This document shows, piece after piece, positions 55,092-64,000 of a stretch of DNA of 64,000 nucleotides. The notes under the pieces are model-generated. The model did not search any database. It had not been told where the DNA came from and worked only from the letters and a program-made list of their open reading frames with translations. The position numbers were made by a program, and so were the translations under genes. The stretch's first letter is position 1; every line of letters begins with the position of its first letter. Location of the stretch: assembly GCA_036229005.1 (NCBI GenBank), contig JAZAMN010000050.1:1-64000 (forward strand), given 5' to 3'. The DNA is from Myxococcota bacterium (GTDB taxonomy: Bacteria > Myxococcota_A > UBA796 > CAJQPC01).

Positions 55092-56114
55092 TCAGTGCTG
55101 GGCGGCCAGCATCCCGCAGGCGCTGTTGCTCTCTGCGCCCACCGAATACCGCCGCACGATGGGGACCCCCAGGGTGGAGAGCCCGTCCCGGAAGCGCTCC
55201 AGGGCCTCGGCATCCAGCCGGGAGTAGCCGCCCTCGCGGGGGTCGTTCACGTCGATCAGGTTGATGCGCACCGGCGTGTCTCGGATCAGCGCGCGCAGGG
55301 CCTTTAGCTGCTCCGGGGTGTCGTTCACGCCAGCCATCATCACCCAGGCCAGGGTCACCCGGCGCCCCGTTCTGGCGTGGCGCTCGCGCAGCGTGTCCAT
55401 CAGCTCCTGGACCTTCCACTTTCCGGCCACAGGCATCAGCGCCCGCCGCTCCTCCTGCAGGGCCGAGCTGAGGCTCACGATCAGCCGGTAGGGCTGGTCT
55501 TCCTGGGTGTAGCGCCGGATCTGGGGCACCAGACCCACGGTCGAGATGGTGATGGACTTTGCAGGGATGCGGCCGCCATCAGGGGCCGAGAGCCGCTGGG
55601 CTGCGCGGATCACCGCGTCGTAGTTGTGGAAGGGCTCGCCCTGTCCCATGAACACCGCGCCCGTGACCCGCCCGGGGGCCTCGTCCCGGATCTGCAGCCA
55701 GCAGCCCACCATCTCCCAGGCCTCCAGGCTGCGGGTGAGTCCCAGGCGTCCGGTCGCGCAGAAGTCGCAGCGCATCGCGCAGCCCACCTGGGAGCTCAGG
55801 CAGACCGAGAAGTGGCCGGGCTTGGCCAGAGGGATCCGCACCGCCTCCACCACCTGGCCGTCGTGGAGCTCAAAGAGCGTGCGGACGCTCCGGTCCACGG
55901 TGTCCTCGACGGTGCGCAGGACCTTGGGGCGCTCCAGGGAGTAGGTGTCCAGGAGGTGGGCCCGCAGTGTCTTGGACAGGGGGCGCTTCATCCCCTCCAG
56001 ATCCCGATTCCCGTGGGAGATCAGGTGGGAGAGGGCGCGACGGGCCTCGGACAGGGTGCAGCCCACCTCCAGGACGAGTTGCTCGGGGCTTCGATCCAGG
56101 AGCGATGGGCGCAT
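55092..56114 (-). CDS. rlmN: RlmN-family radical SAM RNA methyltransferase
   Basis: CLSSQVGCAMRCDFCATG, FMGQGEP, STVG, GVND, SACGML. Confidence 0.8.
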   Translation of the reverse strand: MRPSLLDRSPEQLVLEVGCTLSEARRALSHLISHGNRDLEGMKRPLSKTLRAHLLDTYSLERPKVLRTVEDTVDRSVRTLFELHDGQVVEAVRIPLAKPGHFSVCLSSQVGCAMRCDFCATGRLGLTRSLEAWEMVGCWLQIRDEAPGRVTGAVFMGQGEPFHNYDAVIRAAQRLSAPDGGRIPAKSITISTVGLVPQIRRYTQEDQPYRLIVSLSSALQEERRALMPVAGKWKVQELMDTLRERHARTGRRVTLAWVMMAGVNDTPEQLKALRALIRDTPVRINLIDVNDPREGGYSRLDAEALERFRDGLSTLGVPIVRRYSVGAESNSACGMLAAQH

Positions 56115-56135
56115 GCGAGGTCTCCAGGGCGCCGG

Positions 56136-56438
56136 CTAACCCGCTGCGCCGTCCACCCAGGCGTCGATCTGTCGGGCCATGCGCAGATCGAGCTCGGAGA
56201 CGCCCCCGGCGTCGTGGGTGTTCAGCAGGATCTCCAGGCGCCCGTAGCAGTTGCTCCACTCCGGATGGTGGTTCATCTTCTCCGCGAGCATCGCGATTCG
56301 GGTCATCAGCGAGAACGCGGCGTAGAAGTCGGGGAGATCGAGATCCCGCTGGATCGCCCGGCCTTGTCGGCAGAGCCGCCAGTGGGGGAGGGTGGCCATC
56401 TCGGCCTGCAGGGCGTCGGGGGGGAGGGCTGCGGGCAT
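56136..56438 (-). CDS. phhB: Pterin-4a-carbinolamine dehydratase
   Basis: AEKMNHHPEWSN, THDAGGVSELD. Confidence 0.92.
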   Translation of the reverse strand: MPAALPPDALQAEMATLPHWRLCRQGRAIQRDLDLPDFYAAFSLMTRIAMLAEKMNHHPEWSNCYGRLEILLNTHDAGGVSELDLRMARQIDAWVDGAAG

Positions 56439-56491
56439 GGGGGCTCCAAGGGGGTCTTGTCTTCTAGCAGGGCGCCGTGCATTGTGGCTGC

Positions 56492-57283
56492 ATGATCGCG
56501 CTGTTGTTGCTCTTGTCCCCGAGCGGGGGCTCGTCCCCGGACCCCGTGACCGTCCACCAGGAGTGGTCGGAGCTACGGCCGGTGCTGGTAGAGCACTCCA
56601 AGAGCACCATCCCGGAGCTGAGCCCCGCGCAGGTCAAGGACCTGGTCCAGGGCAAGCGCCTGGGCATCCGCCTGGAGCAGACGGGGGAGGTCGACGGCGC
56701 GATGGGCGTGGCCTTCATGCCCCTGGACACCGAGGCGGTCTGGATCGGCGGCCTGGACGACAAGCACGCGCAGCTCGCGGCCGGGCTCACGGAGGTCTGG
56801 CTGCCAGGGACGAACCAGGAGCGCAAGATCCTCTACCAACACCTCGACGTGCCGGCCCCCTTCGCGGACCGCCACTGGGTCGTGCACATCCGGAACAACC
56901 AGGCGCTCTTTGGCGCCAGCGAGGGCAGGATGTGGGAGCGGTACTGGGAGCTTGACCCGCGCCCCCTGGAGGAGTGCCTGGCCGAGCTCCCGGAAGAGCC
57001 CGTCTGGTTGGATGGCGAGACGCTGACCACGCCCGTCAACCGGGGGAGCTGGAGCGTGCTGCCCGTCAGCGGTGGCGTTGTGGTCCTGTACGAGGTGCAC
57101 ACCGACATCGGCGGCCCGGTGCCCGAGGAGCTGATGGTCCGCTTCGCGATGATGAGCCTGGAGTCCTTCATGGACAAGCTGCAGGAGCTCGGCGCGCGCG
57201 CCCCCAGCCACTACGCCGAGGACCACTTCATCATCCGGCGGCCGGACCTGAGCCCCATCCAGCCGGGCTCGCTGCAGCAGTAG
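56492..57283 (+). CDS. Secreted START/SRPBCC-like domain protein
   Basis: Signal peptide; YQHLDVPAPFADR, NRGSW, TDIGGPVP. Confidence 0.6.
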   Translation: MIALLLLLSPSGGSSPDPVTVHQEWSELRPVLVEHSKSTIPELSPAQVKDLVQGKRLGIRLEQTGEVDGAMGVAFMPLDTEAVWIGGLDDKHAQLAAGLTEVWLPGTNQERKILYQHLDVPAPFADRHWVVHIRNNQALFGASEGRMWERYWELDPRPLEECLAELPEEPVWLDGETLTTPVNRGSWSVLPVSGGVVVLYEVHTDIGGPVPEELMVRFAMMSLESFMDKLQELGARAPSHYAEDHFIIRRPDLSPIQPGSLQQ

Positions 57284-57287
57284 GCGC

Positions 57288-58010
57288 TCAGCGCTTGGTG
57301 GCGGTGACCAGCAGAGCGCCCTTGTACTTGTGCGCCCAGAGTCCGGGCTCAACGTCCAGGCTGAAGCCCTGGGCCTCCAACAGCGCCTGCGCGCGGGGGA
57401 GCCGGAAGGTCAGGTAGTACATGTGGAAGGGGGGTGAGCGCACCGCGTTCCGGGCGTGGATGGCGGCGTTGAAGGCCCGCGCGGCCCACACGCGCCAGGA
57501 CAGGTTGTCGGGGGCGCCCGAGGTCACGAAGAGGAAGCGGCCGCCAGGCTTGAGGGCGCGGTGCACCTGTCGGACAAAGCGCTCTTCCTGCTCGCCCTCC
57601 AGGATGTGCCCGAAGGCCCCAAAGCAGGTGACCACGTCGAAGTGGTCCTGGGGGAGCGGGTGCTCCAGCACGTCGCCCTGCTCCAGGGAGAAGCGGGCGT
57701 CTCCAGGGGCGCTCTCCAGGCGCTCGCGTGCCTGCTCCAGCATCCCGGCGCTCAGGTCGACGCCCAGGACCTCCTGGGAGCAGCGCTGCTTGAGGTGGGC
57801 CAGCGCCGCCCCGGTCCCGCAGCAGAGGTCCAGACCCCGGGCCACGCCGCCCGGCGGCCCGATGTGCTCGGCGACCACCTGGAGGATGTCTTCGGGGGTG
57901 CGGAAGGGGGTGAACTCGAACTTGGGCGCCAGCAGGTCGTAGCCGGCGGTGGTCTCGGAGAGGGCCTGCTCTGCGAGCTCGGCGAGGCTGGGGCCATTGG
58001 GATGAAACAT
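57288..58010 (-). CDS. Class I SAM-dependent methyltransferase
   Basis: LDLCCGTG, GVDLSAGML, LKPGGRF. Confidence 0.9.
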   Translation of the reverse strand: MFHPNGPSLAELAEQALSETTAGYDLLAPKFEFTPFRTPEDILQVVAEHIGPPGGVARGLDLCCGTGAALAHLKQRCSQEVLGVDLSAGMLEQARERLESAPGDARFSLEQGDVLEHPLPQDHFDVVTCFGAFGHILEGEQEERFVRQVHRALKPGGRFLFVTSGAPDNLSWRVWAARAFNAAIHARNAVRSPPFHMYYLTFRLPRAQALLEAQGFSLDVEPGLWAHKYKGALLVTATKR

Positions 58011-58156
58011 GCACAGCTCCTGGGTCTCAGACGGGCTCGGAGGGCAGTCTATTGCGGCGCCGGCAGGAGATGGGGACGGGCGAGATCCCGGGGTGCGTGT
58101 TATGCGGCGAGCCCGGCCACGACGGCCCCAAACGCCCCCACACCCGAGAGAGGTTC

Positions 58157-58693
58157 ATGGCCAAGTTCAGGATGGTTTGCCCCAAGTGCGGCTCCCACAA
58201 CCTGGATCTGGAGCGTGACTACCGCGGCAGCTCCGCGCGTGGTCCGCATCAGGTGCAGCTCCACTGCTTCACCTGCGGCAAGGTCATCTACGGGGAGAAG
58301 GCCGTCCAGGCCGAGTTCGACCGTCAGCGTGAAGAGTGGGAGGCCACCTCGCGCACCCCCGCCCTGGTGGAGCGCAGCCGGCCCAAGCCTGTCCCGCTGG
58401 TCCGCCCCGTGGTCGACGCCGCCCCCGCAGCTCCCGCAAAGTCCGCGCCCGAGCAGGCGCCGGCGCCCGAGTCCAAGGCGACCCCGGTCGCGCCGGCTGA
58501 CGGCAGCACCCCCGAGTGGTGGAGCTGGCCCCACAACGAGATCACGGTGGACCACGCGCCGCAGCCTCCGGGCTGGGAGAAGTGTGCCTGGGAGAGCTGC
58601 CGCAAGGGGCGCCGTCCCCGCAGCAAGTATTGCTCGCGCAACTGCAGCAACAAGAACGCCCGCGCCCGCCACGCCAAGCGGACCAAGGACTAG
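58157..58693 (+). CDS. Double zinc-finger hypothetical protein (N-terminal zinc ribbon, C-terminal CGNR-like finger)
   Basis: CPKC...CFTC; Pro/Ala linker; CAWESC...YCSRNCSNKNARARH; ATG 58157 after GAGAGG. Confidence 0.7.
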   Translation: MAKFRMVCPKCGSHNLDLERDYRGSSARGPHQVQLHCFTCGKVIYGEKAVQAEFDRQREEWEATSRTPALVERSRPKPVPLVRPVVDAAPAAPAKSAPEQAPAPESKATPVAPADGSTPEWWSWPHNEITVDHAPQPPGWEKCAWESCRKGRRPRSKYCSRNCSNKNARARHAKRTKD

Positions 58694-58727
58694 GCACGCT
58701 CCCCCAGAGTGGGGATGACGAGCTGTG

Positions 58728-58753
58728 AAGGGGCCTCCTGCAAGGGGCCCCTT
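58728..58753 (+). terminator. Stem-loop, probable terminator
   Basis: AAGGGGCCTC-CTGCAA-GGGGCCCCTT followed by a pyrimidine tract. Confidence 0.55.
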
Positions 58754-58788
58754 TCCTGTTACATTGGACCTCCCAACCCCGGTGTCCA

Positions 58789-60312
58789 ATGACCCTGCTC
58801 CCCTTGCTCGTCGGTGCATCCGCCGCCGCCCCTCTGGACCCGGCCTTCGAGGCTGCGGCGAGCGCACACCAGGTGCCCCCCGAGCTACTGGTTGCGCTGG
58901 CCTTCGAGGCGAGCCACTTCGACGCCCAGGCGGCGAGCGCTTGGGGCGGCTACGGGCTCTACGACTTCCGGGAGGACGAAGAGAGCTTCGGGCCGGGCAT
59001 CGAGCGGGTCTCCATCCTCCTGGGGGCGTCCCCGGACGACATCATCGACAGCCCCGAGCTGCAGATCGAGGGCGCCGCGGCGCTGCTGGCCTGGCACGCA
59101 GAGGCGCAGCTCGGCGCGCTCCCGGACCCGGACGACCTGGAGGCTTGGGCGCCCGCGGTCGTGGCGTTCTCCGGGCGGCAGGAGCCCAACCTGCAGGGGC
59201 TCTTTGTCAGCTACATCTACGAGCTCATCGCGGAGGGCATCTACACCGACAGCGCGCGGCTGACGCCCCATGAGCACGTGCACCCGCAGCAGGCGCTGGC
59301 GGAGCTGGATGCGGTGATGACGCCGCCGCCTGCGACCACGGACTACGCGGGCGCGGTGACCTTCACCCAGGCGCACAGCAGCAACTACAGCGACTACAGC
59401 CGCGGCGCCTCGGACATCAACTACATCATCATCCACACGGTTCAGGGTAGCTACTCCGGGTGCATCTCCTGGTTCGCGAACTCCGCGGCGAACGTCTCGG
59501 CCCACTACGTGGTCCGCAGCTCCGACGGCCAGATCACCCAGACCCTGCTCGAAGAGGACGTCGGCTGGCACGCCGGCAACTGGACCTACAACGAGCAGTC
59601 TGTCGGTATCGAGCACGAGGGCTACGTCGACGACCCGGGCAAGTGGTACACCTCCGCCATGTACGAGGGCTCGGCGCAGCTCACCGCTGACATCGCTCGG
59701 CGCAACGGCATCCCCCTGGACCGCTCCCACGTCATCGCCCACTACGAGGTCCCCAGCGCGACGCACACGGACCCGGGCAGCGGCTGGGACTGGTCGCTCT
59801 ACATGGAGCTGGTTGGCGGTGATGCGCCCGTCGCCAGCGCCGAGATGCTGGGTGTGGTCGCGGACGGGGACATCCACTCGGGGGAGCGCCTCGTTGGCGC
59901 CAAGGTGACCCTGCAGGAGACCGGAGAGACCGTCACCGTGGACTCCGACGGCTACTACCACTTCGAGGGGCTGACGGCCGGCACCTACACGGCCACTGCC
60001 AGCATGGCCGGCTTCACCTCGGGCTCCTGCACCAAGGACGTGGAGACGGGGAGCGGCCAGTGGTGGTGCTCCATCGCGCTGGAGCCCGGAGAGGACCCCC
60101 AGGACACCGGGGAGCCGCAGGACACCGGCGGCGCGGATGACACGGGGCTCGAGCCGCAGGACAGCGGGCTCGTTGCGCCTCCGGGCGGCCCAGGTGTGCT
60201 CGAGGGCATGCCTACGGGGGCTTGCAGCACCCAGGGCTCCAGCGGCGGGCTCGCGGGCGGACTGCTGGGACTCGGCGGTCTGGCCCTGCTCATGCGTCGG
60301 CGTCGTCGCTGA
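58789..60312 (+). CDS. N-acetylmuramoyl-L-alanine amidase (Amidase_2) with carboxypeptidase-regulatory-like domain and MYXO-CTERM-type anchor
   Basis: IIIHTVQG, SAHYVV, WHAGN, SVGIEHEG, HTDPG; C-terminal GACST...LLGLGGLALLMRRRRR. Confidence 0.9.
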   Translation: MTLLPLLVGASAAAPLDPAFEAAASAHQVPPELLVALAFEASHFDAQAASAWGGYGLYDFREDEESFGPGIERVSILLGASPDDIIDSPELQIEGAAALLAWHAEAQLGALPDPDDLEAWAPAVVAFSGRQEPNLQGLFVSYIYELIAEGIYTDSARLTPHEHVHPQQALAELDAVMTPPPATTDYAGAVTFTQAHSSNYSDYSRGASDINYIIIHTVQGSYSGCISWFANSAANVSAHYVVRSSDGQITQTLLEEDVGWHAGNWTYNEQSVGIEHEGYVDDPGKWYTSAMYEGSAQLTADIARRNGIPLDRSHVIAHYEVPSATHTDPGSGWDWSLYMELVGGDAPVASAEMLGVVADGDIHSGERLVGAKVTLQETGETVTVDSDGYYHFEGLTAGTYTATASMAGFTSGSCTKDVETGSGQWWCSIALEPGEDPQDTGEPQDTGGADDTGLEPQDSGLVAPPGGPGVLEGMPTGACSTQGSSGGLAGGLLGLGGLALLMRRRRR

Positions 60313-60839
60313 TGTGGTTGCTGGTCCTGTCGGCCTGCGCCGGCAAGCGGGAGCCGCAGGTCGAGCCCCCGGTGTCCTCGGGACAGCACGTCAGCGTTGA
60401 GCTGCCAGCCGCCGCCGCAGAGCCCGAGGTGGTGAGGATGCGGGCTGTTCTGGACGCCGCGAACCCCTCCTTCCAGGACTGCTATGCGCAGGCGCTGGCG
60501 CGGGATCCCAGGCTCTTTGGCGAGGTCACGCTGCGGGTCGTGCTGGACGCGCAGGGCGGGGTCTCGGAGTCCTCGGCGGTGCTCTCCACCCTCTCGGATG
60601 CGCAAGCGGTCGCGTGTGTGGAGGGTGTGGTCGCGGATCTGAGCTTCCCGGCACCGAGTCGCACCCCTCTGGCGATGCGGTATCCGGTCGTGTTCACCAG
60701 CTCTGCGACTCCACCCGAGGTCCGCAGGGCGCTGATGCTGAACAATGGCCTGTTGACCCTGGAACAAGAAGAGGCCGCCTTGGAGAAGGCGGCCTCGACG
60801 GGGGAGCCGGTTGAGGGGGACTGGGTCCAGACCTGGTAG
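60312..60839 (+). CDS. Lipoprotein with AgmX/PglI (TonB-C-like) domain
   Basis: MWLLVLSAC lipobox; CYAQALARDP.L.GEV...G.V...CV...FPAP....YP.VF; TGATG coupling. Confidence 0.72.
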   Translation: MWLLVLSACAGKREPQVEPPVSSGQHVSVELPAAAAEPEVVRMRAVLDAANPSFQDCYAQALARDPRLFGEVTLRVVLDAQGGVSESSAVLSTLSDAQAVACVEGVVADLSFPAPSRTPLAMRYPVVFTSSATPPEVRRALMLNNGLLTLEQEEAALEKAASTGEPVEGDWVQTW

Positions 60840-60866
60840 GGCGAGAGACCCCAGGGGGCGCGGAGC

Positions 60867-61745
<879 letters not shown>

Positions 61746-61780
61746 TGAACGTCTCCTTCGGGTGGCTCGGGTCCATTGAC

Positions 61781-61796
61781 AGCAAGTCGCGTGCCA
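61781..61796 (-). promoter_or_regulatory. Sigma-54 (-24/-12) promoter
   Basis: TGGCAC-GCGAC-TTGCT on the minus strand, an exact consensus match 35 nt upstream of the sigma factor ATG. Confidence 0.8.
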
Positions 61797-61874
61797 GGGT
61801 TGGCCCCAGGCGCGCCGCGACGGGCTGTCAATCCCATGTGATGCCTGTTTGGGTCCGATGCTGAGCAGGAGTTG

Positions 61875-61954
61875 CGACATCCATGTCGTGGTGGTCGTCC
61901 AGCTCGCGGCGGCAGCTTTGGCAGGATCTTGAACGGTGTACAAGATTCTTGTAC
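61875..61954. promoter_or_regulatory. Palindromes, candidate enhancer-binding-protein sites
   Basis: CGACAT-CC-ATGTCG at 61875-61888 and GTACAAGA-T-TCTTGTAC at 61938-61954. Confidence 0.5.
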
Positions 61955-62030
61955 GGCCCTGGGATCGGATCCCCCGGTCCGGAGTTGAGGCCTTTCTGGG
62001 TCAGACGGTCCTCGCCGGGACCGGGTCTCG

Positions 62031-63095
62031 TCAGAGGGCGTCGACCGCAGCTTGGAGGGCGGTGAAGGGCTCGTCTGCGTCCGCCGTGATCTCCTCGATC
62101 CTGGCGATGAACGCGAGCAGATCGCCGTCCTGCTCCTCCAGGATGGCGGCGAAGAGGGCCTCGTTGGAGTTGTAGGTCTTGAACTGGACCAGGCGCGCGT
62201 TGTTCCACTCGGTCTCGCGGACCATCTTGAGGTAGGCCTCCTGGTTGGTGAGCCCGGCGGCTTCGACCCGGCGCAGGAGCTCGGGGCCCAGCAGATCCTC
62301 CTTTCGGGCGAGCTTCTCGGCGTCGCTGAGGGTGGCGTCCTGGTACACGGCGTCCAGGTCTCCGTAGAGCCCATGGAGCAGGTCCCGGAAGCGGTCGCGG
62401 TCGGCCTGGCGCTGGATGGTAGCGAGCAGCTCGGGGTCGTGGGCGCCGCGGCGCGTCTGGAGGTAGCGCAGGGCGGAGACCTCACCGACGAAGTTGGCGT
62501 AGGACTCGTTGAACTGGACGGAGCCGGGGACCCACAGGGTGGCGTGGGCGAGCTCGTGCAGCACGGTGTCGGCCAGGCGGTAGTCGCTCCAGGCCAGCAT
62601 GTCCGGGAGGATGGGGTCCTTGAACCAGCCCAGGGTCGAGTAGGCGCCGGCAGTGCGCACGTAGGTGTCCAGCCCCTCGGCCTGCAGCTTGTGCTCCAGC
62701 TCGCGCGCGTCCTGTTCGCGGAAGTAGCCCAGGTAGGGGAAGCGGCCGACGACGGGGAACCACCAGGTCTTGGGCGTGAAGGACAGGGGGTCGCAGCCGG
62801 TCACGTTCCAGATCGTGCGCTCCCACTTCCAGGCCAGGGTCTCGTAGTTGTCGGTGGCGGAGAGGCCGATCTCGGCGCCGTAGGCCTTGACGTCGGCGAT
62901 GAGATCCAGGCGCTGGATCTGCGCGGGGCTGAGCACCCCCTGTTCGCGCAGCTCGGACACGGGCTCCCGAGAGGCGAGCAGCTCGGCCTGGTAGTAGCCG
63001 GAGGAGATCAGGTACCCGACCTTGCACCCGGGCACGCAGGCCAGCGCGGCGAGGCCCACCGCGAGCGCGACGATGCGCTTTCCGCGTGTGTTCAT
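62031..63095 (-). CDS. Putative zinc aminopeptidase lipoprotein
   Basis: WWFPVVG.FPY.GYF, AYSTLGWF.DP, HELAH, FNESYANFV. Confidence 0.82.
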   Translation of the reverse strand: MNTRGKRIVALAVGLAALACVPGCKVGYLISSGYYQAELLASREPVSELREQGVLSPAQIQRLDLIADVKAYGAEIGLSATDNYETLAWKWERTIWNVTGCDPLSFTPKTWWFPVVGRFPYLGYFREQDARELEHKLQAEGLDTYVRTAGAYSTLGWFKDPILPDMLAWSDYRLADTVLHELAHATLWVPGSVQFNESYANFVGEVSALRYLQTRRGAHDPELLATIQRQADRDRFRDLLHGLYGDLDAVYQDATLSDAEKLARKEDLLGPELLRRVEAAGLTNQEAYLKMVRETEWNNARLVQFKTYNSNEALFAAILEEQDGDLLAFIARIEEITADADEPFTALQAAVDAL

Positions 63096-63182
63096 GTGCG
63101 AAGGTCTCCTGTCTTGTCAGCATGCCCCGAGTTGACGGGGGGCCGGTGGGGGGACACCATCCTTGTGGCAGAAGGAGCGCCT

Positions 63183-63812
63183 TTGTTTGAGCTGTTGCAG
63201 AGTGGTGGCGCCGTCATGGTGGTCATCTTCCTATTCTCCCTGGTGGGGATGGCGGCGTTCTTCGAGAGGCTCTTCGCGCTGCGGCGCGGTCGGGTCGCTC
63301 CGGAGGCGGTCACGGTCGAGGTGAAGGAGCTGGTGACCCAGGGTCGCATCCCCGACGCTCTGACCTTGTGTCGCAAGCAACCGGGTCCGTTGACGCGTGT
63401 CGTCGAGGTCATCCTGATGCAGCCCGACAAGAGCCGCGCCGAGCTCAAGGAGCTGGCGGAGGAGGTCGGGCGCCGGGAGAGCGCGGATCTGGAGCGCTTC
63501 ACGGGGGTCGTGGGGATCGTCGCGAGCGTCGCGCCGCTGCTGGGCCTGCTGGGCACGGTGTGGGGCATGATCCAGACCTTCGATGTCATCCAGACCCAGG
63601 GCATGGGGCAGATCGGCCTGCTGGCCGGGGGCATCTCCACCGCGCTGGTCACGACCTTTGGCGGCCTGAGCGTGGGCATCCCGGCGCTGATCGCCCACCG
63701 CTACCTGCTCTCGCTGGTGGATGACCTCACCCTGGAGCTGGAGGAGGCGGCGCTGTCGATCCTGGATCTGGTGACCTCGCATGCGGGCGAAGGTGCACAG
63801 GAGTCCGAGTGA
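63183..63812 (+). CDS. exbB: MotA/TolQ/ExbB proton channel protein
   Basis: APLLGLLGTVWGMI, GISTALVTT..GL.V.IP; TTG start after GAAGGAG. Confidence 0.88.
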   Translation: MFELLQSGGAVMVVIFLFSLVGMAAFFERLFALRRGRVAPEAVTVEVKELVTQGRIPDALTLCRKQPGPLTRVVEVILMQPDKSRAELKELAEEVGRRESADLERFTGVVGIVASVAPLLGLLGTVWGMIQTFDVIQTQGMGQIGLLAGGISTALVTTFGGLSVGIPALIAHRYLLSLVDDLTLELEEAALSILDLVTSHAGEGAQESE

Positions 63813-64000
63813 ACTTCAAGCGCCAGCGGAGGGACGAGACGCGCGTCGACCTCACCCCCCTCATCGACATCATCTTCCAGCTCGTGCTGTTCTTCATGGT
63901 GTCGACGACCTTCATCACGGCGCCCGGGATCCAGGTGGATCTCCCCCGCAGCTCCGCGCAGCAGATCCTGCAGGACAGCTCGGACATCAACATCTGGATG
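63809..64000 (+). CDS. exbD: ExbD/TolR protein (partial, runs off the window)
   Basis: Manual translation MNFKRQRRDETRVDLTPLIDIIFQLVLFFMVSTTF; GTGA overlap with exbB. Confidence 0.88.
   Translation, partial: MNFKRQRRDETRVDLTPLIDIIFQLVLFFMVSTTFITAPGIQVDLPRSSAQQILQDSSDINIWM

Noticed and set aside
55092..56114. Cfr-type resistance methyltransferase
   Set aside because: Housekeeping context with no mobile element; motifs fit the general RlmN family and cannot support a Cfr call without phylogeny

Overview
High-GC bacterial DNA, probably Myxococcota (inferred from a MYXO-CTERM-type sorting signal, an AgmX/PglI-like protein and a myxobacterial-type Pfa3 with a fused acyltransferase). There are three blocks. 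(1) 1-21434, minus strand: one tightly coupled operon for a contractile injection system (CIS). It has a gp5/gpV-type spike, a candidate divergent PAAR tip, a sheath, a gp19 tube, a chaperone plus DUF6760-type protein, a degenerate second sheath, a second tube, a tube initiator, a gp27/GPD hub, gp25, baseplate J and a P2 gpI-like wedge. With no break it continues into a TssK-like protein, four unrecognised membrane proteins, a 53-aa protein and a Pro-rich gene that runs off the window edge. This is the best candidate for an undescribed system: an eCIS-type tail that may be anchored to the envelope by its own membrane complex. A FolE2-XRE HTH fusion lies just upstream. (2) 22794-43639, plus strand: oleABCD directly followed by a PUFA synthase (pfaD/pfa1; pfaA/pfa2 with 4 ACPs; pfa3 with a C-terminal AGPAT), consistent with polyunsaturated fatty acid and hydrocarbon synthesis. 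(3) 43768-64000: mixed genes, including a sulfatase-like hydrolase, a His-phosphatase/P-loop kinase fusion, a GT2-TPR-sulfotransferase fusion, HU, MutM, RlmN, PhhB, an anchored amidase, a sigma-70 factor with a sigma-54 promoter, and ExbB/ExbD. All calls come from motif recognition by eye; no searches were run.
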